Shown: one piece after another, positions 1-12,983 of the stretch
Position numbering within the stretch: position 1 is the first letter of the stretch
How the letters are laid out: every line of letters begins with the position of its first letter
Origin: Epiperipatus broadwayi
Taxonomy: Eukaryota > Animalia > Onychophora
Assembly (NCBI GenBank): GCA_028023455.1
Contig: JAQFVV010000003.1
Span: forward strand, 21,266,001 to 21,330,000
DNA: 64,000 nt
Reading direction: 5' to 3'
Notes under the pieces: model-generated
Database searches by the model: none
Told to the model about the DNA's origin: nothing
What the model saw: the letters and a program-made list of their open reading frames with translations, nothing else
Position numbers and translations under genes: made by a program

Positions 1-717
1 AAGAATAAAGAAAAATATTTTATTTCTTTGCCATTTAAATTGTCTTCTTATAAAACTGTATGGTAAAAATAGTAATTTGGCAATAAAAAAAATTGCTTGG
101 AAAAGGGATATTATTTTGAATTTGAATAATTTATCAAATAATAAAAAGGAAATTTTTGATAGAAAGACTATTCCCTGTTTTTATATGAAGATATATATGT
201 CAGAATAGTTTGTACTTAAATGAAAGAATAAAGTACATAAAAGTAGGATTACAAATAAATATCATAGTTCTGCTTTATATATCCATAAAAAAGATATGGT
301 CCACATTATTAATTTTAATGAAGCTAAGGTTGACTTTTTTGAGAGTAATTAAATAAAAAAAAGAATTAAAGAATCTTTATTATTATAAATTTATAATTCT
401 CAAGCAATTAACTTATTTTAATATTAAGAATATATGAGAGGTAAGTGGAATTGTTGGTAATGTTTAGTTTAAATGTGTTATTTTGTTGTTCCTTACATTT
501 GAGACGTCTGCTTGTAGTGGTGAAACCATTAGTAGTGTTTTGTAGTTTAATTTTTTTGGCTAGTCTGGTTGAATTGTGAATTTGAGGTAATTTTGATTAT
601 TTATTGACTAGTTTAGCTTTACACTTTTAATGTTTATATATTTAAAATTGAATTCATATAGAGATAAATTGCTTAACAAAAAGGGAATTTCAAAATATCT
701 GAATATTAAAAATAAAA

Positions 718-1000
718 AATAATAGATTAAAAATATTTTATAGTAAATGCTCCATTTATCATGCACTAAATCCAAAAAATAATTGTTTTTTTTTTTAATC
801 ACAGTTGGGGTTTTTAGATTGAACTTGAAATGAAAGCATTAGGAGTTCACATAGGAATTAAGTTAATTAATTTCTGGATTGCCAAGAATTTATTCCAAGT
901 TTAATCTAAAAACTTTAATTGTGAAGAAATAATGATTTGTTTTTGTTTTTTAGTGCATGATAAATAAAAGCATTTACTATATATTTTTATCTCTATTATT
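718..1000. repeat. Degenerate foldback inverted repeat (~115-bp arms)
   Basis: 718-835 (AATAATAGATTAAAAATATTTTTATAGTAAATGCTCCATTTATCATGCACTAAA...GGTTTTTAGATTGAACTTGAAATGAA) is the approximate reverse complement of ~888-1000; spacer ~50 bp. Confidence 0.7.
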
Positions 1001-1959
1001 GTGTAGAAATTATTCAGCAGTTCCTTGTAAAATTAGTCTGCCTGTCTTTCCAGAAGTTCTTTTCCAACCATTATTGACTAGCATTCAAAATACATGGCTA
1101 AAAAAATTAGATATTTCAATGTGAATTACAAAAACAATATTTATCTACCAAATTCTGACATAGACATAAAATATGGGCATCCTATTATCAAAACATAAAG
1201 TCACCAAAAATATCTCATATGAAAATGCTCCATACAATTTTGAAAGCATAATGGAAAAATTGAAAGACCATTCAGTATGCTTTTCAACTTGTTGAAAGTG
1301 ATGTCATTGAATTATTTATTGTAAGAGTACATTTTCAGTGTAAGTGAATGAATAGTAATCATGGGTTTTATTAAAAACACTAACCATTTTTATATTAAAA
1401 AGCTTATCTCAAAGAGTTTCAATATTAATTGCTTTCATATGGGAGGATATGATTGAGTATAAAATGCAAAGAAATGCTATAATCAATAAAAAGGTGACAG
1501 TATTTCAGAAAAAAAGTTTGCTTCAAAAATAGTTAAAAAAGATTTTCACAGAATTTCAAATAAACAAATTTTATAATCGGGGTGTAGATAAATGTAATAT
1601 GTGTTGTGATTTATGGATTGATTTGAATTATCTTTAAAAAATGCATCTTTAGCTCTTTTTTTATCTTTCTACCTTTTTGGAGGTTTTTCTTTTTAAAAAA
1701 ATTAAGATAGTCATAATTATTTGTTAGTGTCTGCTATGATAATTATGTGATTAATGTTATTATTTTATATGTCTGATTGCTATTCAAATGTGGTTATTGT
1801 TTTAGTAGATGCTCTGTGAAATTTTTAACACTAGAAAAAGCTACTGAATCTTGACAAATAGCGAGAACACTTTATTAGTATTTCTGGTGAATTACCTAAG
1901 GTTGTTACCACTTAGTTGTGTCAGTAGTGGTTTAATGGCTTCCCTTATTGACCAAAGTA

Positions 1960-2455
1960 CTCTAGAGCAGGGGTGGGTAATTATTTTGGCTCAGGGCTGT
2001 AAAGGTTGTCAGAGGGCCACATTGGGTTCCACTTTGTGGAAGTGAAGGTTAACAGAGGGCTGCACACAATAAACACACTGCTTTATTCTCTGTATTACTA
2101 AAGAAATATTTATTTGTCCATTCTTCATTAAACACATGACATTCATCACTGATTTTACATTTATTTGGAGGTTTCATGGTTTCACTAAAGTTGGAAATGT
2201 ATATATTTGCTAATGCAAAGACAAAATTGAAATTAACCAGATCAACTGGAAAAGCACTGCACATCATATCTACACTGCGCATGTGTATTGACGTGGCCAT
2301 CCCAGTGAAAAATATGAAACGAATCTTCGGTCGTGCACGGGAAGAAAATCTCAGTTCAAGGCAGATTTTTCTGATTGTCTTGGCAGGCTGCATAAAAACT
2401 CTTAGCAGGCCACATGTGACCCTCAGGTTGCTATTTGCCCATCCATTCTCTAGAG
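1960..2455 (-). mobile_element. Internally deleted hAT (Charlie/SPIN-like) DNA transposon with 8-bp TSD
   Basis: Identical CTCTAGAG flanks at 1960-1967 and 2448-2455 match the typical Charlie-group target. TIRs are CAGGGGTGGGTAA (1968-1980) and TTGCCCATCCATT (2435-2447), 9/13 complementary. The subterminal GCAGGCCACATGTGACCCTCAGG resembles hAT ends. A transposase N-terminal remnant lies inside. Confidence 0.88.
2064..2177 (-). pseudogene. hAT transposase N-terminal fragment (SPIN/GTF2IRD2-like)
   Basis: Peptide MKPPNKCKISDECHVFNEEWTNKYFFSNTENKAVCLLC resembles the K(R/K)KxDxECRxFxxEWTxxYFF...KAVCLIC start of SPIN/Charlie-type transposases; it is truncated after the first CxxC. Confidence 0.8.
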
Positions 2456-4581
2456 CATCTGCTAAAATAGTGTCTATTAGGTGACATACATATAGATAAA
2501 GTGGGCTAATCGTTGACAAATAACCCATGTCAATGAGATTATTAAAGAGTATTTTAATATTATATTTTATAAATTGTAGCTTTTTAATGTAATAAATGAT
2601 ATAACTGATTGTGTTATATATATATGTAGGTGCATGTATTGGTGGGAATATTGAGATTAGTGGTTACATGTCAAATTTTCCTCATTTGTTAAGTAGTAAT
2701 TCTTTAAAAACGAGAAAAGTTTCATAAATGTAATAAATTCTCTTGTAAGATGCCTTCTTTTTAATTCTCTTTGTTTCTTTCATCTAGTATCCAGATATTA
2801 AACCTGTCTAATAAGCACTGTAACTTTCTTTGAAGAAGCTCCTTGTAAAGTTAGCACAATAGGTTTGTAGAAGCTGAAGAGTTGCACTTTATATGGGAAT
2901 TCTTCCCTGCTCAATTAAATGGACGAACAAAAGATTAAAGTTACCGAGATGATTATCAAAGACTAAATCAAACACGTGCAATTTACTGATGCCTTGTTGG
3001 TGCTTGTTAAATTTGAATTTTCATTCCTAAAAACACTCCTCTAGTTTCTATTTGTTCATTTGTTTATCTTTTTTTTTTTTTTTTTTTGAAATTTGAGAAT
3101 TCTTGAAAAGCAAAAAGAAAGTTTTATATTGAATTATTCTTATTATTATTATTATTATAAAATATAAAGACAGGGAAGAAAATCAGTTTATATGCTGTAC
3201 CTTATAATTTGAAAATAACCGAAATAGAATATGCTTCAATAATTATTATTAGAACGTCATTTTAAATTATAACTCGAACTTATATTCTCTATATATATAA
3301 TCAGATATTTTATACCTAAATATACGTAACTCGATCTAATATATGTATAACCTAGGATGGCGTGAGCGAATTATTAATTTGATAATAAAACATTATGGGG
3401 GAGGGGGAGATTAAACAAAACAATTCTGCTTTGAATCATAATGATTTGAGTAAAGAAAGTTGAAAGAAAAATAGCTAATAGAAGTGACTGGAATTAAATT
3501 AATTACGGACTATTATGTCAGTACTGGTAGGACTTGTCAAGCCTGACAGATATTAAAAGTATTCTTAGTTTATCGATAAAGAAAACTGTAAACCGTGGTA
3601 TAAAAGTATAGAGTAGTAAATCAGTAAAAGTATAGAGTTTCAATGTGGTTCAACCCAGATATATTCTAATGCAACTTTAATGTTGATCTAATTAATTTAG
3701 TTACTCTGATGATTTTTAGTAAATTCTTTTGCTTTCATAAATATGCTTCTTTTGTTCTAATTGAGGTGTAAATGACACGTTTAATGCCTACCTCTGTGAA
3801 ATATTATGTTTGAATTTTAAAGACCTTTTTATTGCCTTTGAATATTTTCATCATTTTTTTATAACTTATTAAATAAATAAATAATGATCAGGTAAGTTTC
3901 TCATAGGATTGTGTAACATTTGAGCACCCATGTAGCAGTTTTACCAGAAGAGTTCCATTCTCATATCAATGCAAGAGATGTTTAAATAGTTAAGATTAAA
4001 TCCAAAAAATTTTAAGTCTTGAGACTCTAAACTCCATACTGATTCTTTATTGGGATCCTAATTATTTTAAATCAGGATCTTTAAACTTTTTTGGAAAAGG
4101 TCCCCACAGATAATTTTTTAATGAGTGTTTGATGGAAAAAATGAATTTTTTTTTAAAAAAAATCCTATTCCCAAAGCACAAAAATGTCAGATACTTAAAT
4201 TCAGAAATGAAATAAATATGTCATTTTCATTCAATTATAGTGCATTGATTTTTTTTGTAATATCAGATTTAATGTTGAAGAATCTATAAATAGGGAATCA
4301 TCTTGATATTGAACAATCTTACATGACCGACTTTTTGATTTCTTATATTTCTTTTCTGAAAAAGTTTGTTCACAAAGATAGGCACTTTCAATTTTTTGAT
4401 AATAAATAGCCACCACCAGATGGCATTTAATCAAATCCAAAGTAAAGATCCTAGTTACTGATTTTTAATCTCAAAAGCTTTTATTTATGAAAAATAATGT
4501 TTACATGGTTATAACAGACAGATAAAAAATTATGTTTTATACATCATCAACAGTCTGGGACCATTTGTATATTGATTATCT

Positions 4582-4669
4582 TCTGATAAATAATAGTATA
4601 CTGATGTAGCTTTTCTATTCACCTATCAGCATTGAAAGAAAAAAAACATCAGTATACTTTTTTATCAGA
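4582..4669. repeat. Short inverted repeat
   Basis: TCTGATAAATAATAGTATACTGATGT (4582-4607) pairs with ACATCAGTATACTTTTTTATCAGA (4646-4669). Confidence 0.65.
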
Positions 4670-5129
4670 GAGAAAACATTGAAGTGCACATTTATTTCCA
4701 GCAGATACTATTAGTTTTTTATACTATCCAAGATAATGAATTGAAAGTTTCAAATCTTTTAAAGTTTTAAACTAAGCCTAATTTCTTGTAGAGCTATAAT
4801 GATTTGATTCTAGGACAGCAAATATATAATTTAATAACACCAGACCTCTACTAACAAGGAAGCACATGTAACAAAACAAATTGTCTTTGATTAAATTTTT
4901 AAGTCATTGGTTTAGCAATTACAAAAGACTTAAAATGTGTTAGCTGAGGTTTGTTTGTGCAAAATAATGTTTCTCACTGCTGAGACCAATAGTCAAAAGA
5001 CTTAGCTTGGGAATTTGGTCAGAACTGTCATCTGGTGTTTATTTGTTACTCAAGTTTATAATAAATAAAATAAATAAATAAATAATTGAATGACTTTATT
5101 GCTCAAACATTCACAAAAAGTTCAAGTAC

Positions 5130-5205
5130 CAAGGTTCTAGAACTGGAATTGAATGCAGAACTTTATATTTCAGAGTCCAACTCTCTTGAACAACACTAAA
5201 ATATG
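5130..5205 (-). mobile_element. Degenerate tRNA-derived SINE head
   Basis: Reverse complement reads ...GAGAGTTGGACTCTGAAATATAAAGTTCTGCATTCAATTCCAGTTCTAG, with a B-box-like TTCAATTCC; related to the copy at 61739. Confidence 0.4.
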
Positions 5206-6946
5206 TAAAGCATGTTTACAATAGACAGTTATTAAGTAAAATGATTACTGTTCTTAATGTATTTAAAAAGAAGTAAACTGTGATTATCATGTGATGCTTT
5301 TGTTTAATAATTATCTATTGACTTTGATAAACACTACAATTCTGGCTGCAACAAAAAATCTTTTTTAAAAAGCATATTTGGCATTAAATAAGGATAAAAT
5401 AAATAATAAAAACATATATCTATTCATTCAGCTGTCAGAATAACAATATATCTTTATAAATAAATAATTAATATGTAAAAAAAAAATAACACATGCTACT
5501 TCAAAATATGCAAATATAATAGATTGGTATCCTGAGAACTTTAAGTCAAAATATTTCAAAAATAGCATATAAAATAATATGCATCTGAAATAAAATTTAA
5601 TATGCAAAAATCATAAATACAAATTAAAATTCAACCTTTTATCATTTAAAATCTACAATAAAATAAATAAAAGTCCTGCTTTCTTCTTTACCTCTTAACC
5701 ATTAAACTAAAACATGAGTATGAATATTGCAATAAATATATCCATCATAAAATAGAATATAATTAAAACATCAAAATCTAGAAGATAAACTATGAAATAT
5801 GAAAAGTATTTATTGGGTATCCTTAGTAAAATTTCAAATAATTATGCTAGCAAGTAATAGGATAAATATATAGCCATTTATTGACTACATAAATATTCAT
5901 GGATTTTATGGTACATATTTATTAAGTTGCAGTAAATATTACTTAATATTTAAATGCAGGTTTTCAAATTAAATCATCATAAATATTATCTAAACTTGTA
6001 ATAAATACATATTTTGCAGAAGAATACTTCTTCAAATTACATTTATCCAAAATTATAACTATTCAGCAGGAGAAAGATATTCATTTCAAATGTTACATTC
6101 ATAAAAATGGTGGTCTTTGTAGCAAAGCTTGGGGAGGAAAAGAGCTTTTAGGTTTTAAAATATTATTGCAGGCATTATAAAATATTTAAATACAGAAAAT
6201 CATTTAACTCTTTTTATCCTAAGCTGCCATCATTAATTTAAAAAAAAAAAATTACAACAAATATAATTTATAATATATATTCTGCTTGAATACAGTAAAT
6301 ATACAAATATATACATTGTTAGAATCAGAAAATATGAAAAAATATAATAAAGCTGATAAAATAGTCATTACCTCAAAAAAAAAAAATTAAGAAAAAAGAT
6401 TTTTAATACTTGTAAACATGTTTACTTTTACATTGATTCACAAATTCTAAATTTTGAAAATTAAATGTTAAAATGACAATTTCATAGATAGCTTCATCAC
6501 ATTTGTCATAAAATGCTGAAAAAATTGATATATAACTTGTCTTACCTGAAATTATTTTTTATAGTAAAAATTATAAAAACTATATGATTGGTGACTTTCA
6601 TTTTTACTAGCAGACTCAGATCTTGTCCTTCCATACAGGATATGTGCTAGTCCTTTCATGCAGGAGATCTCTTAGAAATGTTTGGTTTTAGTGAGGGCAA
6701 AAAATAACAGTAAGAACAGTGCATGAGCTATTATGCAAAATGAACTTTAGTAAATTGTAATTTATGAAAAAATATAATAAACAACAAAATATTTTTTTAA
6801 TTATGAGCACTAATTATGAGGTATGAGAATTGATGACTGAGGATGCTTAAAAGTTTTTGTTCAAGAAATTATTACAAAATTGTAACAAATAAATTCAATA
6901 CTATTGTAATTGTGCAATAATCAAATGAACATATAAACAATCATAT

Positions 6947-7326
6947 AAATAAAATCATAATATATCTTGCCTATTGCACTAAATATAGGTATATGATTGA
7001 GTCTAGATGTGTATGTTTTTATATCATTTCAATGTAAATTGCCTAAAATTCTATAGCATATTTATTGTTTTCTACACATATTTAATTATATAAAAAATAA
7101 GTAATAAAAAATAACTAATAAAATAGATAATAAAACTAATTGAATACTCAAATAAAATCATAATGTATCTTGCCTATTGCACAACATATAGGTATATGAT
7201 TGAGTCTAGATATGTATGTTTTTATATCATTGCAATGTAAATTGTCTAAAATTCTATAGCATATTTATTGTTTCTACATATATTTAATTATATAAAAAAA
7301 TAAGTAATAAAACTAATTGAATACTC
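6947..7326 (+). repeat. Tandem duplication, ~200-bp unit x2
   Basis: Unit AAATAAAATCATAAT(A/G)TATCTTGCCTATTGCAC...AAAACTAATTGAATACTC at 6947-7149 and 7150-7326; high identity, and the second copy lacks ~25 bp. Confidence 0.92.
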
Positions 7327-9774
7327 ATTAATTCCTGGTTAAGTATTATCATCTGTTTCAAATTTGAATTCAGTAATAAAGGTATTAGATGTGTTTATCA
7401 TGGTTATCATTGCAGATAAAAAATGATTCCAATCCTTTTTTTGACATTGCAGCTTCCAAATCTGAACTGTCATAAAAATGAGCTTCTAGAAAATTAAGGC
7501 TTACAAACACATGCATCGGCAAATTCATATCCATATCAAATGGTAAGAGAATGCAATTCAACTGTAAAAAAGCTTTACAGTTAATAAATCTAAAAAAATG
7601 AGAAAAAAATTAAAAATTGCATTTTAAAAAATTCCTAAAAATTAAAATTTTATCATAGTAAAAAAATATTAACATTTTTCTGAAGGCAGCAAGATGGCAG
7701 ACAGAAAGAAGTGATGTTCATAAGTGTGAGATTAATTGCTACTGCATGAACTCAGTAGTTACAATAAACTTATGCACATAAGTTAACATTAATATAATAT
7801 CATTTTACAGGTATATTTTATATTTCCATTTTATATTGTGGAGAATTGTTAATTCTTCATAATATTTATCATATAATTTAAATGTAAATTGATTATTTTA
7901 TTACCCCAAATTATGGAAGTGATTTCTTTCCTTTAAAAGGAAAGAAAAAATTGTTATAATAAGTGAATTCTATTCATGCTACTATAAACAATAAATAGTG
8001 TCTTTTATTAAAATAACCACACAAACAAAATTATTCATTGGAGCATAACATTATTATTAAGTTAAACATTTCTTTTGTAGACTTAAAATAATTCTGTAAA
8101 TGTCTGATAAATGTATTCATCATAATAAAATATAAGTCTTTATCCTTACTAAAAGTAAATAAATTCTGGTTAATATTTGATATGAAATGAGTGTTTTAAA
8201 TAAAATATCAGAAAATTATTAACATTTTAATTACATTATTGCTGCTAAGAATTTTGAATATATTATGACAAATTTAAGATAGATGTTCAAATATACTTTA
8301 AAATCAACAGTAGTTCTGGTCATTATAGTGATAATAATAGTAATAACTTTTAAAGTCCTACAATGTGAAATATTTGAGAAATAACATTTTAAACATTGTA
8401 ATAAATAAATTATATTACCAATAAAGTAGGTTGGAAATGAAGACTTTAGTTTTTTGGAATTAAAATTTGAAAAATTGTGTCTAGATAACTTAAAATTACC
8501 CTAACATACTTAAACTAAAAAATAATAATGCTTAAATAAAATTACACATTTAAAAAGTCAATAATAATGTGAGGTGTCAATTTCATCTTATTCATAGTAG
8601 TAGTTAGGTGACCACTTTACAAGACTTATTATCATTAACCTTTTAACCTATAACTTCTGCCCTGATTAGTTTGAATCCCTGATCTAATGTAACCAAAGAA
8701 GGTTACCAATAAAAAAATAATTATTATTCAATTTTTTTAAAATAACTTTGTCTAAAAAATTTAAAATTAATTTTAAAACCCTGTCTGGTACAAATAAAAT
8801 AATTACTTAAAGTTACATATATCAGGATAAAACAAAATATTACAAATGAAATTTTTATTATATCTTTAATAAAACATATTGCAGATAATATTTAATACAT
8901 TTATCATTGATTTACCCTAGACAAGTTTATTGGAACAGAATATTTAAATTGTCATGCTAAAATTAGACATTAAATAACATTTTAAATAAATAATGTTAAA
9001 TATAATATTTATTTAGTCATTCAACATTCACTTATCCATTACTTTAAAATCCTATCTTTAATTATTAGTTTTATTAAACTTTCTATACAAATAAATTTAA
9101 AATATGTAACTAAAATATTATGTGTTAAAATTAAAATGAATGAAAATATTATAGATTTAATTTAAGCACCAGAAAACCAAAAATATAGGGTTTGAACCTG
9201 GTTTCTTACTTTTTAAAAGTAATACATTTTTGAAACATTTTAACAGTTAAATTAAGAATAAGTTAATATTATTAACTTGAAAATGCAGTTTTCCATTTTA
9301 ATCTATCAGCTATTTAAAATTTAATGACTTTAACACTTATTTTAGCTTCAAAATATTATAACCAAAGCTGTCAAAAATTATTTTACAGCTATGCAATTGA
9401 TAAAATACTGATATAATAACTTTTCTATGCAAAAATTATGGCATTATAAATCACTAATAAAATTCATTTATTACAGAATTAAACTATATATTTTTTAGAT
9501 GTCTTAGCACAAAACTTGATTTGTATTTAGCTTTTAAACTTACTGTTTACAATATATATATATATATTTATATGTGTGTGTGTGTAATAAATTAAGTTTG
9601 ATGTCTGTATTCTTTCCAAAATATATGTAATATTCAAATCAATATATATATATATTAAAATAAATTAATATATATATATATATGTGCTCTGCACACAGAT
9701 GATGAAGCTATTAATTGTCTGTGAAATTATTAAAATTTACCACCAAGCACTTTTGGGACAGTAAAATCTTAACT

Positions 9775-10430
9775 ATTAAAATAAAGTAAAATTAACATAA
9801 ATTATAGTTATTTTATTAGAAGTACTTTAGTCTTTGTCAACTATATAATGTTGAATAATCAAAATGAGATAACCTTTCACAATACCCATAGTTCAATTTA
9901 GTTTAGTTTTTCCATAATTCTGTTATTTTAACATTTGATGATTTCTTGAAATCAACACAGCCTCTTTTATTTTACATTTATTGTGGCAATGTTAAATTTG
10001 CATAATTTTTATATTTTTATAATCAAATTTAAATCCATATTTACAAGATTTATTATGATCAAATATAACAGATGTAAACAAATCTTCATTATCTGTTATA
10101 TTTAATCATAATAAATCTTATAAATATGGATTTATATTTGATTATAAAAATATAAAAATTATGCAAATTCAACATTGCCACAATAAACATAAAATAAAAG
10201 AGGCTATATTGATTTCAAGAAATCATCAAATGTTAATGAATCAGCAATAATCATATGTTAAAATAACTGAATTGTGGGAGAACTAAACTAAATTGAACTA
10301 TGGGTATTGTGAAAGGATGTCTCATTTTGATTATTCAACATTATATTGTTGACAAAGACTACAAATGTATAGTCAAAAGTGCTTTTAATAAAATAACTAT
10401 AATTTATGTGAATTTTACTGTATTTTAATA
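9775..10430. repeat. Long foldback inverted repeat (~300-bp arms, 17-bp loop)
   Basis: 9775-10073 is the reverse complement of 10091-10430 (e.g. CTTTCACAATACCCATAGTTCAATTTAGTTTAG / CTAAACTAAATTGAACTATGGGTATTGTGAAAG); loop 10074-10090; the right arm has small insertions. Confidence 0.93.
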
Positions 10431-10939
10431 TATGTATTGATTTGAATTATATATATATATATATCTTAAAGTATGAAGTTTAATATTTTATTGATATCTA
10501 AATCCAATCAGAATGCCTCCACAGTATTTAAATGGAAAGTCAGATTACTATTTCTGAGTGGAGACTCCTTTAATTCATCTGATGATTGTAGGATTTTTCC
10601 TCAAGAAATATATATAAATATAATGCAGGGATTTCTGTATTATATTTTTTATAAGTTGATAATTTAGAAGGTTATACATTACTTTAACTTAATTTGGTGG
10701 TGTGTGTGTTAAATTAAACACTTTTACAAATTATTTCAGAGTAAACATTTAAAAAATGAAAATTTTCATGTATTAACTAGAAATAAATGTCCAGCAATAA
10801 TATCAGTACCATAATCATCAATTAAAATTAATAGTATTAAGATGAATCATATATTTAAAAACCCACAATAGCTTTTTGTTTACATTTTACTTAGAGAGAA
10901 ATATCCATTATATATACTATAATGGAATGGTCTTTCACA

Positions 10940-11200
10940 AGAGAGAGAAGGGGGATGTATCTCACTATGGTCAGACCAAGTGTCTTCTGGTAGGATGCTG
11001 TTGATAATGTGATGAAATACATAACCTATGATTGTATCTACTTTTAATGGGCTAGCTCTGTATTCACTTGTTAAATCTAAATACAATTTGGGTTAGTTCA
11101 TCCAGATCCCATCCCCCTTTCTTGCACCATTATGCACTAGTGTTCAAACTCAAGGAGAAATCACCTTTGACTCTCTTCAGAGATGAAATTATGCTAGTGA
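10940..11200 (-). pseudogene. Possible AP-endonuclease remnant of a non-LTR retrotransposon
   Basis: Minus-strand motifs occur in the expected order across frameshifts: GDF (11157-11165), LTQIV, DTIIGYVF, SDH (10967-10975). Local GC is elevated. Confidence 0.4.
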
Positions 11201-12848
11201 ATGACTATTGCATCTCTATATAGAAAATCTTCATTTAGGTAAGAAAAATTTGAAGTAGCATCTAGATTTGAACCTCAGGTATTGACATGACAGGCAAATA
11301 TACTAACCATCACTACATGAGAAGGATCATAGCCATCTATCTAATAATAAAAAAAATCATTGAGTGTCTTGTTTTGTTAGCTGATGATGAACATGTTTTA
11401 TTCCAAATGTTGTTAAGAAAGGGGATAATCATTTCGTTCACATTTATTCCCCAGAATAGGAAATTATGCACTTTAACAGCCAATTTCAAAAACTGTGTCA
11501 TATATTTATAACTTAATATAAAACATTTTTATAAACATTAATATTTATTTTCTTCTGTTTATATTATTCATTTTTCCTTCTGGGCTTTCAGATCTTTAAA
11601 ATGCACTGTGGATAATAATTAATTGAGTATAAAAATTGTTTGGAGTTTAATTATTAATACTAATGGAAAATAATAAAGAAGTCACATGACCTTGTATTTA
11701 ATGGCAGGATAGTTTATGTCAATTAGGAAGACAATAATGGAATTGACATCAGGAAAACAAAACAGTCATTACTTCAACTAACAGATTATCAATTCTAATT
11801 ATTTGAAGACACTATTTTTTTTCTTCAGTATTTCACTAATGTCCTCTGGTGAGTAATTATAAATGCTAAAAACGAAATAAACTTAAATAAAATTCCACTA
11901 TTATTTATTTATTTGAAAAAAAATATATTTTTTGTGTAAAACTAGCAGTAAAAAAAGTATTTTGTAAAATAATATTAAATATAAAAATAGAATTGAAATT
12001 CCTTTTTTTTTAATCGAAAAAGTTATTTAATTTTTTCCCTCCTTAATTTCTAACCTTGGGATATTAACAGTTTAGACTATATAAAGTCTTTATACACAGC
12101 CATCCGTCTTAAAAATTTTACTTGAAGGCAAGCTAAAAATAAACTTTCTATTTGCAAACGTTACATCCTGCAATATCCTTTCCATCAGAGTTAAATAATT
12201 TTTTTATTTGTTTAATTATTAAGCCTAATAGCATATTCGAACCTTTAAAAAAAAATCTTTTTTACATTCAAGTGTTTCTTTAGAATCCTAAAACTTGTTT
12301 TTGCATACATTATTTAATATACACACACACTGAATTAACAGTATTATACAAAATTCTTCATTAACGTGGAGCACATAAAATCCATTGTTTTTTAATTATA
12401 TTCATTACCAGGAAAGTCTAATATGTATCCATTTCAATTGCGAAAATTATTATATGATGTAGCAAATGAAATGCAAAGTCCTTAGATATTTTTTAAGGTC
12501 CGTTCATAATTTGAGGATGTATATTTTTCCTTGTATGTTTCTGTACAGATTATAAATCATTTTTTCCAAACAAAATAATAATTATATATAGTAGGATCTG
12601 CTATAATGAACTAATTAATTCCAGAAGTTTTTTTATTATCACATCTGTTCATTGTAACTTGCTGTGAAGTACTTGTATTTAGAAATAAACTATTTCAAGT
12701 TCACAGCCTATAATACAATTATCATCCAAAAGAATCAGTTAAATAGGAAAAATACAATACAAAAATCAAAAACATAAATGGAAACATGCATAAATTAATT
12801 GCTGTAATATTGTTCAATCTGATTTTAGTAAAAACTAAACACGACTAT

Positions 12849-12983
12849 CAACTTTCCACACTATCTCATATCACTGATACATTTGACCACATATATGTCT
12901 AAAAGATAAATAATCACCAAATTTATCTTTTAGACATATATGTGGTCAAGTGTATCAGTGGTATGAGATAGTGTGGAGAGTTG
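12849..12983. mobile_element. Foldback copy of hammerhead family B (63-bp arms, 9-bp loop)
   Basis: Arms 12849-12911 and 12921-12983. The arm sequence ATTTATCTTTTAGACATATATGTGGTCAAGTGTATCAGTGGTATGAGATAG is homologous to 44610-44670. Confidence 0.8.

Noticed and set aside
2176-2484. 102-aa plus-strand ORF
   Set aside because: It lies antisense within the hAT element and has no recognisable protein similarity.
6530-6560. TTTCAG|GTAAG on the minus strand resembling a recursive splice site (similar AGGT motifs at 3890, 7808, 33482, 48415)
   Set aside because: No host gene or transcription direction is known, and such motifs are expected by chance on both strands in 64 kb.
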